Notes under the pieces: generated by a model
What the model was told of the DNA's origin: nothing
Seen by the model: only the letters and a program-made list of their open reading frames with translations
The model's database searches: none
Source of the DNA: Amphiscolops sp. MND2022
Lineage: Eukaryota
Length of the DNA stretch: 64,000 bases
Assembly: GCA_964187785.1 (NCBI GenBank)
Contig: OZ076409.1
Location: 60,700,001-60,764,000 of the forward strand
Direction: 5' to 3'
Shown here: in pieces, positions 13,889 through 24,087 of the stretch
Layout: the number at the start of each line of letters is the position of its first letter
How positions within the stretch are numbered: position 1 is the first letter of the stretch
Translations under genes and position numbers: made by a program

Positions 13889-15788
13889 TGTGGAAATTTT
13901 AGTTTTTGGCGTCTACGAAAACCCATTGCGTTGCGCGAAGTACATACGATCGACAGAAATATAATAATCATGTTTTTAGAACGTCGTAATAGTGAAAACA
14001 GCTGAACAGTGAACCCATGTTTCGATATGGCTTATTTGGCAAACGGAATGTAGAAAGAGTAAATTTGATTGTTTGAGGAAGATAGAATTGACGCCAACAA
14101 CGAAATTGTTCGAATTAGCTAAGTTACAATCGACCGCTTAGAGCGAACATTACTAAGTTTTCCTTTGAGAGAAAATGAGAGGATGTAAAAAAACACCACC
14201 CCCCCCGTCCCGGTGAATTACTGAACCGATCCCGCTGAAATTTGGCACACGTATACCTGAGGTGTTATGCTACTCGCCAATGAAAACGGAACCGAGCCGA
14301 GACTCCCAGTCCCGGGCTATTAGCACCGGAAGTGGCCTAGGTTGACCCCCCTATGAACTCGTCGGCCAAGCACGGAAAAAGTCGTATTATATATATGATC
14401 GATAGCCCATATGACATTAGGCCGTTTGCGAATGTTTTGGGAACCCTACGACGCGCGTAGGAGGAGCACGGACCCTAAGTAAATAAACCCCGAACGTTAT
14501 GTAAATCGCCAACGGATGACCCGAAGACCATGAAACTTACCCAAGATGTTCACCTAGTAACCCTTAGAAATATACATGAAAGATACATCGATCGATACAC
14601 AACGCGCGGAGTAATGTTTGTTTAAGGCACGCGGGACCGGACGCGCGGGCCCGACCGATAAATGACATTTGACCTTGGCTTGTAACATATCAAACTAACG
14701 GAATAATGAGCGTAGTCGATTTATAACAAGAATGAGACCGTATTTGTAACCCACGCGGGGGTAGCCGCCTTAAGTAAACAAACCATACGCATATCATGTA
14801 ACTCGAAGACTATTGACCCTAGGATGACATAACTTGGCATGTAGCAACTCTGGATGAGGGCAATTAACTTCAAGGTCACCGATGGACCTCAAGGTCATTC
14901 CAGATGCAACCTAGGAACATATAGAGAAACTTGTGATAAAACATGTAAATCAGCGTCTTTAAGTGATACATTATGCAATTCAGCCAGGCGGAACGATTCG
15001 CGATGCATTGCGCCCGAAAGGACGGAAAAGTAACCCTCACACGTAGAGAGCATGTAAACCATGTACTTGAAGGTCATTAAACGATTGGCTCGATATTAGA
15101 AATATCTTGGTTGATTTGAATTATTATTGAAATGTGAACTTTGTACAACCATTGTTGAACTATTTGTCGTTGGCGGCGAAGAATGTTTGACCGAAAAAAT
15201 AACCAAGGCGCTGCCATGCTATAAAAGAAATGGAGACACATGAAGTTAAAAGCATGCAAATAAAAGAGCGACATCGGTACAACAAAAATGCGGCTGATGA
15301 ATAAATATCTCAGGGAGAGAAAAATAGACCGAATTAGGACACAAGAACGATTACGAAGTTAAGAGTAAGTTGAACCGCGTGCGGGCAAGAAACCTACTCG
15401 AGAACGATTTGACTTAACTGCTTTGTGAGAGCAGCGAATTAGTTACAAGTCCGGGACTTGGAAATCTTAGTGTGAATCGTGATTCTGGCACAGTCTTGTC
15501 GAGTTATTGTATATAATTCATTCACCTGCTGTGCTATTGTTTTTGTTTGATTGAGTAGTTACGTACTGTGGAAATATTCAACTTGTATTATCCAGATAAC
15601 TCCTGAATTAGAGTATTTTTTGCGAGTAACTTTTCCATAGCATTTTTGGAGTCGAAGTTTGAGCACCGGAGAGACTTTGTGAAAAGAGTACGCGATACGT
15701 GGACGAAACTTACTCACTAAAAACTAAACCTTTCTGTTAGAATCGAGCAGTGGGATTCCTCTCCAACCCTCTAGCAAAACTTTCTACA
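13889..15788 (+). repeat. 3' LTR
   Basis: Direct repeat of 7275-9175, TG...CA. Confidence 0.97.
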
Positions 15789-18700
15789 GAGAGGGTACCT
15801 GACAAAACAAGCGTGAAACACGACATTAACAAACAAAAGTAGTGCATGTAAATCCATATAAAGATAAACATAACTAAATCGGAACTTACTGTCATTTTCT
15901 CCTCACTCCAGTCAAAGTCGCTGAACCAACTCTGGTGTTTTTTGAAGGTCCCTACTTTTGTCCAAATGCCCCGCAACGTCACCAAGTCTCCAGAAGTCTT
16001 CAAATAATCTCCAACTAAGCACAGTTGAGAGTAATTTCGACTCCCGTTGGAAGTAGAACTGTCTCGAGTTGCCTTGAAATTTTCATAAAAGGGAAACTTC
16101 TTGCCCAACTCGACCAATTCCTCATCTATGAACTTGGGTAATTCGAGCTCCAACTCGAACTTGTCCGTTATGTTCCCCTTTTTGTCACAAACGAAATGGG
16201 TGGAGGTCTTGCTCACGGAGTCAGTCCTTCCAAGGTGGGTTAACTCCACTTTTGGTCCTTGTAAAAATGTTCACGGAATGAATAATGGCGCTTGTCTTCA
16301 GCTTCCCCCTTTTCCATAGATGGAAATATTTCTGCGCTAAAAACAAATTTGGCAATAAAAACAATGGGGGATTTTCTAAGGGCTCATGGGACCTGACACA
16401 AACACACGAGACCACTCTTACTTTCGGAAATATGTCTCCTTGAATACCTTGTCTGGCCGCTTCATTCTCTGTCGTTTTTGGGGAAGATCGCCAACCCCAC
16501 CGTTCTGGTGGCACTCTCACTTCCAATGGCCCGTGGAGTCTCGGATAATGCCTTTTTGCGGCGTGTTGCTGGAGGAATTTGTTTTTGACTCCTTCCAAAT
16601 GCTTCTAACGTCTCGAACGGCTCTGCATTTTGTCCTTCAGTGTCAGAAAGACTCGGCAAGCTCAAATCACTTTCTCCCGTCTGTATTGCTCTGCTGATAT
16701 AACTTCCAGCAACGCCACTGTCTGGACAGACATGACTGTCATTAGACGACCCGGTGAAGGACGGTAGTGGTGTCGCCGCTCTAGCTCGCCCTACTCGGAA
16801 AGACTGATCCTGGTTAGTGGCTACCTTACCTCCACTAGAGAGTCTGGATGCTCACTGCAGAAGTCCAATCATCATCTCCAAAGAGATATGTGCAGTTTCG
16901 TCACAGGCTACTCTTATTAGGTTTTAAACTTGATCTTCACTGAAGGCAACTGTGGTATGATCAGTAGGTAGCTCCACTGGGGGATTTTGCTCAAAATATT
17001 TTTTCAAAAAAGAACGACTGGGCCATGTGAGTCGCCTAAGCTGAGGGTAAGGGTCAATTGAATTCAACCCAATTTCAGTTTGATTGTCCTCTGTTTCAGT
17101 CTGCTCCGCATCAGAGGTGTCGGTTCTTAACCCGCTGAGTCGTCCAGTGGGCCGTGGTGTCTCATGTAGGACGGCATTTTGATACACTCACCAAGGATGA
17201 GCACATCAGAGTCGCTGTCGAGGATATCGCGCATAATGGTGTTGAAGGATGGTGAAGTTCGGGCTTGAAGTTGCCCTGCTGACTTGATGACTTCTGACTC
17301 ACCATGGATGATTGTTGACGTTTCCCCATGACATATGCGGGTAGGGGACTTGCTGGAAGTATCGACAACAACCGAACTGGGAATTCCCTCAGAGTTGGCT
17401 TCGCCACAATTTCCAGAAGTCGGCTCACCACCTCGAACGACCTTACGGCTAATGTAATCAAAAGCGTATAGGTTAACATCATCCCCAGAGCTTCCGCTGG
17501 ACTGGAATGCTAGAAGGGCGGGAGCTAGAGAGACTGAATTGGGGGCATGGTATTGATCTTCTTGTGAAAGTTTGGGAACAATTTGTGAGTTAGTGCGATT
17601 GGACGATGGGTGTCTTTCCGGAGATGACATTCCTAAGCGGAAGGAGATTTGATTACGCGGAACACTTCCTGAGTAAAAATCCATTTTGCCGCATAAAAAG
17701 CTTCCGGAAGCTAAATAGAAGTTTTTCCACGCAACAACAGCGTGTGTTTTGATGGAGGAAGTGCATAGTATAGGAAAGCCCTGATCAAGCTAAAGTCCTA
17801 TGCAACAAACTACGCCAATCGAGAAAACTCACCTGAAACTGGAAATCCTGAGAAGATGTGACCGGAAGTAGAACGGATGGTTCCTGGTTGAAGGCTGTTA
17901 TCTAGACAGGAAGTGAATAAGAAATGAGCCTGGATGAAGACAAAGAGCAAGAAACAATGCTTGAGAGTGGAAAGGTAACAAGTGACAGCTGCTAATCAGG
18001 AAACGAAGGTAGTAAGACATAATGATGGACAGCACAAAAATGTCTAGTGGTTTATTGAATACTGCTTGACTGAGAGGAAGTTGTGAAACAAAAGACAATA
18101 ATATGGTAAATAACTAAAACGAAATGTTGGAACAAAATCTGGAAATTATTAAAGAATGCAATTGAACCAGTAGAACTGTGTACAATACAACCCGCCTGAT
18201 TGACAAAGTAAAGGCAATGAGCAATGGACAAACGAATAGCTTTTTGTAACAATAGTTAGGTGTGAACAAATTGGAGTGGTTAATTGGAGTTCGTGGCAAC
18301 GAGACAAATAAAGGTACAGGTATACTAATGAAAGTAAGTGCGCTTAGTCTGCCAGCCTGTGCTTTAAATTGTCCGTTTGATGTCTATTTGGACAAAGCTG
18401 AACAAAGAAAAATGGAAAAGACATTAATTAAAACGAAAAAAAAATTAAAATTATTTCGACATAAAAATTAAATTCAGTAGATTAGAACTTGAAAAATTAT
18501 TAATTTATCAAAGGCATATGATTGGCTGAGAATAGTAGTAAGTCAGCTCGAATACAAATTTTAATTACCTACTTGAGGGACGATAGTTGGGGCGAAGATG
18601 AGTGGTAAACAACTGAAAGGATAATTAAAGAGGATTGAGGTGTTGTTATGAAATCCTTGAGCCAACTTAAGACAAGCACTTGAGACTCCATTCAGAAACA

Positions 18701-18896
18701 AATTGAAAAAACTTTGTCGCACCGACATCTTCAGAATCACAGCAAAGCGTGAATTTATCACGGGAAAGTCGAAAATAAAAAAATTACCCACAAGTTGGTA
18801 ACCTACCAAAAACGGTCATTCAGAAATTGGAAAGCCTACAGTTCGGTTGAATCTGGCACCAAAATTTCGAAGAAATTACTGATTAGAAAATACAAC

Positions 18897-19810
18897 ATGG
18901 ACCCCCAAGTTTATCTCGAGCCCGTGCAAGGATCACTCTACTCAGAACTCATCATGATTTCGAGCGACGAGGAAGAGACCTTCAGTGATGGTTTTTCTAT
19001 AATCTCTTAGAATTTGAGGCAAATATGATGGACGTGGAGGCCCAGGTGATGGCGATGAACATAGATGCCCAGCTGTCCAACCCAGTGGCCGTCCGTGGTA
19101 GACAGATGACAGTGGAAGCTAAAAATAACACCACTCTGGCGCCTACGCCTATACATTGTGTTGGCCCCTATCCAAGTTACCAACCCCGTGGGGTAAATAG
19201 CTTCAGGGACGTTCCGACAGTGGATGACCACCGAAGAGAGCATCACCCTATGGCTGCGTGTTGCAACTTGATACCATTTGTGGACACTACATCGTCCCAC
19301 CCTCCACATGAAAGGGGGTTTTTGGATATATCGATTAATGACTTGCTGACACCTTACACCCAGCCGAAGAAAGTGTCAGTAGGAGTCCAAATCTTGCCTT
19401 CATGAGCATTCCAGCCTCCTTTGACTCCTGTAGCTCCTCCTTCAACTCCAATGATGCCCAGAAGTCTCGCCCATTTCCCAACCGGTCAACAGGCGCCCAA
19501 CGGTACCAAACGATGGTACTTTACCGACTGTATGATATGTGGGAAGCCGTATGAGCAGATAGCGAATGAAATAGTGATTGACTGCAACCATCATACAGAA
19601 TATCCGGGGGAGCCTTACTATGTCAAAGAGGCGAGATGGAGAGCGTTCGTAGAAGGAATGCATGAGGGTACTTACTTCCTCATTCCTCGGGGAGAGTCCC
19701 AGGCGGCCGATTGTGATGGGAATGTCCAGGCGATCCCTCAGAACGCAGTGGAAACGAACAGAGCACCCTCAAGCCTACCCTTAGAAGCAAAGAAAAACCC
19801 GACAAACTAA
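18897..19810 (+). pseudogene. Disrupted sense accessory ORF (acidic ISSDEEE patch, Pro-rich region, CxxC CMICGK)
   Basis: Consecutive ORF pieces 18897-19010, 19025-19405 and 19421-19810 with protein-like composition, just upstream of the candidate LTR. Confidence 0.45.
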
Positions 19811-20091
19811 AACTATGAAATATTGTTAAGTCATATAATGCATTTATAATGCCATACACTGTCTCCCCAAGACTGTAAAGTACATGTAAAGTTGACTAGA
19901 ATAGCTTATTAATAGTGTCGATCAAAATGCCTTTAAGACATTAAGGGAAAAAACCAACCCACTTCATGTGCAGTACACATTATTTTGTATCATTCACCAT
20001 GCTTGCATTAAACTGATATTCAGAAGCGCTATTATAGTACACGTAGCGTTACTCTCTACAGACAACCTTGGATCACCTTTGAAGGCGGCAA

Positions 20092-20256
20092 TGACGTCCC
20101 TAACCGTAATGCCGCCCTCCCTTTGATGATGCTAAAAATAGAAACTACTCACATGTTTGTTACGCAATTTGTAGTATTTTTAGAGAATGAGAACCCCAAA
20201 AGTGAAAGTCATGCAATGTAAGATATATAAGTACCCGTACCCCGAGAGGGGACACA
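20092..20256 (+). repeat. Candidate short LTR (~165 bp)
   Basis: TGACGTCCC...GGGACACA ends (TG..CA, imperfect inverted repeat); preceded by purine-rich GAAGGCGGCAA; contains TATATAA; no second copy in window. Confidence 0.55.
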
Positions 20257-20378
20257 ATTGTTACTCTGGTTTTTGGTTGAAACGTTGTAAACGAAAATCC
20301 TTGAGATTATATTTTTATTACGCTTTGCAATATCTGAATTGAGATAATCAATTTGCCAAGTTACTAAAATTTCTCAAG

Positions 20379-20890
20379 ATGCCCTCAACGAGAAGCAAGA
20401 AAGCTAACGCGAGGTGGTCAAGGGAAGCAGACATAACGTCAGACATAGAGAAAATGGACGTTACGCTTGGTACTGGTGAATACAATAAGATAGAGAGGGA
20501 TATTGACCAGATGATTGGTTTTTCTATTATGTAAAATAGGGATGAATATGAGGAAGGGCACTCCTTAAGACGTAATTCCTCACAGGACATTGAAATCAGG
20601 AATATGCCTGAAAACAGGAATGATCATGGTTTCTCTTGGGACCTAGACGTGTTAACGGGTGAAATAAACTTGAGGATATCTCAAGAGATTGGGAGTTTGA
20701 TAAATGGAATGAATTCCCAGATAGAAAGTGCGATAAGTTCCGCTATATCTGAAAGAATCATCCTTTAGTTGCAGGGTGTTGTAGAGGCGATTTTAAACAG
20801 GCAATTAGAAGGTGTCTCGTCAATGTCCAGGAGACCTCAGAATACAGATAGTGATAAACGCAATAAGATTGATATGCAAAACAGGAACTC
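20379..20890 (+). pseudogene. Truncated gag-like N-terminus of a further retroelement
   Basis: MPSTRSKKANAR...SDIEKMDVTLG followed by a coiled-coil-like stretch, 120 bp after the candidate LTR; cut off by LINE sequence. Confidence 0.5.
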
Positions 20891-22783
20891 CCGTTTTTGG
20901 CTGAATTTTACAGAACCTGAGGGTGAGTGTTCTTACATTCTCATATACAACCACCCCCCAGCAACATCCGATTATCGTATTGCTCTCGATCAATTGTTGT
21001 TCTGTTTTGAGTTTCATTTGGATCAAATACGTGAGAATGCACTATCAAATCAGCTCGTAAAGTTTGTTCTAGGAGATTTCAACCTACATACTGCCTTCGA
21101 AAACCTCTCCAATTATGAACATTCAAACTTCACGTTTTTTCTGAACAAATCGATTTAGCGCAGATGGTCGAATTTCCTACACATAAGTCAGGTAACAGGA
21201 ACTAACCTTCACTAACTCAACATCCTTCAACAATTTTCCCTCGTCTTCGTTATACTCGGATCAATATGCAATCTTGACCGTTCTCATGTAGCAGTCTTAA
21301 CAGGGAATTATTCGATGCTTTACTAGACACTCTCTACAAAAGAATTTAATGCAACCAACAGCCCGGTTTCCCTAACCATTTCACGAGCCACACCCTATCT
21401 TGCCTTCCCCTCTGTTGCTCCAAGAACTCTAAACGACGCATGGGATTTCCTTATTATTCATCTCATCCAATACATATTTGTAATGAAATCAGAACGGCAT
21501 AATCCAAACCGAACATGTCGCCTTATCTGTTGGCGAAGCTGGAAAATGATCTCAACGTCAGTGTAACCCTAGACAGAACATTGATGTTCAACAATTTACA
21601 AACTAAAAACATCTACTCAGCTATTGAATGTCTTCAAAGATTCAGGAGGGATGCAGATCTTCCGTCAACTGTCTCCTACAAAAAAGAAATGGCTCACTCA
21701 GATAATGGCACCGCTAAATTATTCAACAAGTACTTCGTGCCGGTTTTTAATTCTGGAACTCAGTCCATCTTGGTGCTTACAATTAGAGCGTCAATTTTCC
21801 TTGCATACGTCGTCATCCTTCCTCAAACAGTTTCCAAACTTCTTGGTAAATACAAAATCTCATTGAGTGCTGACCTTGTTCCACTATTCATTTACCACCA
21901 TGACTGTGTTGAAGTTATTACACCATTGTTATGTCAAGTTTATAACAACGTGATAAAAAGCTGTTCATGGCCTTATGGATGGAAATGTAGTTTAATAAAA
22001 CCTATTCTTAAATCTGGAAAATCCAATGACAATAAAAACTATCGCCCAATCAGTATCCTACCTCCTTTATCTCTCATTCTGGAGAAAATACTGGTCATTT
22101 TCTTGTACCCGAAATCATCAATCCTCTCAAACAACTGTCAACATGGTTTTAGAAAACGGCGCGCGACTAATACTCTGTTGTTCACGTATTTGGAATCATT
22201 ATACAGAAATGTTGACGGGAATTCCCCTGTGGTTCTATCTACTTCGGTTTTTCCAAAGGATTCGACACTGTAGTTTTTGATATCCTACTACAAAGCTTTC
22301 CATTTTTTGTCTAGACGATGGTTTTCTGAAACTGTTCTTATCGTATTTACAAAATCGAGTACAAAGAGTGAAAGTCAGAAATAGCGTCTCGTCTGCAAAA
22401 CGCAATAGCTCTGGTGTTCCCGAAGGTAGCATTTTGGGTCCTCAGCTGTTCCTGAATTTAATACCAATTAACCAGAACACTCTAAGTCTCAAGTCTTCCT
22501 CTTCGCTGATGACTCCAAATTCCGAGGTACTGTTCCGAGTATTCTCAATTCTTAATGCTGACATTGGCCACTCCACCGACTGGAGCGATACGAACAAGCT
22601 GAGTATCAACCTTTTGAAGTGTCAGTACTTTGTTCAGGCTCTGTTCCAGAAACAGCACAACTGTCTTTGGTACCAAAATCGAACATTCTTCACTAATGGA
22701 AGATTTTGGTCTATCTATCTCTTCTTTTACAGTTCTTTTCTCTGTCAACATGTTAAGGAATCTGTAATCAAATCTTGCGTTAT
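20890..22783 (+). mobile_element. Degraded APE-type LINE ORF2 fragment
   Basis: Endonuclease VLGDFN; RT motifs PILKSG...NYRPISILP, QHGFRK, GVPEGSILGP, FADD. Confidence 0.88.
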
Positions 22784-22792
22784 TGAATTAAT

Positions 22793-23254
22793 GGGCTTGC
22801 AGCAATAAACTCGAATTTTGACTCGTCGAATGAATAACGTAGATGAATAACGTCGAATGACTAGCGTAGAATTTATTCGAACAGATTTGAGTCAAATGCT
22901 TGTCGAATTTTTGTTGAATTTGGTCGACTTAAAGTTTTAGGGTCAAAAAAACCTTTTAGGTACTTTTCCCCATCTAATATGGGGTCATATCTTCGCGATC
23001 TCCGTTCCCGTTCTCGCTAGATCTTTGCTCCTGTTCGACCTCGCTTAGCAAGATGGGAATATATGCGGCCGCAGGTGGCCGCGGGGCACTAGAGGAAATG
23101 TGGCATATCCGACGGTCAAAACAATGTTTGACCATTTTACATTTGCAATGACATCCTCGCAAAAACTGCGACATAAGTCCGTCGACGATGGTACTTCAAC
23201 GCTAGTTATACGGTTCGAATTCGACTTTAGTCGTTCGACTTTATTGCTGGACAC
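22793..23254. mobile_element. MITE (MULE-like) with 9-10 bp TSD
   Basis: TIR CAGCAATAAA.TCGAA / TTCGACTTTATTGCTG; TSD TGAATTAAT at 22784-22792 and 23255-23263. Confidence 0.75.
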
Positions 23255-23544
23255 TGAATTAATGTGTTGTTCTCACTGTTGTTCACCTGCAATCACCTGA
23301 CAGGTCTTCATGAGTACTTCGGCTTCAGATTTGCAATATCCTACCAATATCATTCGATAATATGTGCAGAGACGCAATGTTGTTCTACAAACTATACAAT
23401 GGTCTTTACGATTCACACTTTATGACTATTTCACCGTTTCAGCTAAATGACGGCGCATCTACGTGACGCCTAATTACAAGTTCAAGAAATTGAAATTCAA
23501 CAGTACATTCACCGAAAGGACAGCACGATTAACGAATGTTTTTC

Positions 23545-23888
23545 GGGTCAGGGTCATTTCGTCACCAGCCATTTGGGCAACAATACGGCGTCGGTCACAT
23601 GGGCGACAAAAGTGTCGACCGAATGGGTTGATCAAATTGATCAATTAACTGATATATTTACAGAGGTTAGCATCTTTGTTGTATGGCTCGGTCGCTTCGC
23701 TCCCTTGGCCAAGTAGTAACATTGAGGCATGGCCATATGGCACGTAGCTCCGCTTCGCTTCGCTCCTGCATTTAGGGCACTAGGGGTATGTGAACATATT
23801 TGACGTGACATTTGGGCGACATTATTGTTGCTGAAATGGGCAGAAGTTTTTGTCGCCCAAATGGCTAGTGACGAAATGTCCCTGCCCC
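23545..23888. mobile_element. MITE (MULE-like) with 9-bp TSD
   Basis: ~39-bp TIRs (GGGTCAGGGTCATTTCGTCACCAGCCATTTGGGC...); TSD ATGTTTTTC at 23536-23544 and 23889-23897. Confidence 0.9.
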
Positions 23889-24087
23889 ATGTTTTTCTCA
23901 ACCGATCGAAAGCACAACACCGTCTGTGAAAGTCCGTTTAAAACAAAGATAAAGTCTTTTCTTTGCACCTCTCAAAAATTTTTCTGTGAAAACACATGCT
24001 CCTGGTTTATTCCTTGTAATTGTCCGAATTGTCGGTGCCAGGGTTGCCAAATAGTTAACCCAATTAATTGTGCAAATAGTGGTACGT

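Larger units (their letters stand above)
7275..15788 (+). mobile_element. Complete non-autonomous LTR retrotransposon (gag-protease-macrodomain, no RT/RH/IN)
   Basis: Two ~1.9-kb direct repeats with TG...CA ends; 5-bp TSD GAGAG (7270-7274, 15789-15793); PBS after the 5' LTR; PPT before the 3' LTR. Confidence 0.97.
5450..17684 (-). pseudogene. Spliced antisense accessory gene downstream of gypsy pol, interrupted by the 7275-15788 LTR element; product unknown
   Basis: Minus-strand GT-AG introns 15799-15889 and 6691-6754 join ORF pieces in phase 0 (EEKMT|VPSPNSYFLF; CHELNK|AILARKIQF). Removing the nested element plus one TSD restores the frame. Scattered stops and frameshifts; both ends approximate. 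Confidence 0.7.

Noticed and set aside
18897..19810. env gene of an endogenous retrovirus-like element
   Set aside because: No signal peptide, furin site with fusion peptide, or transmembrane anchor is visible.
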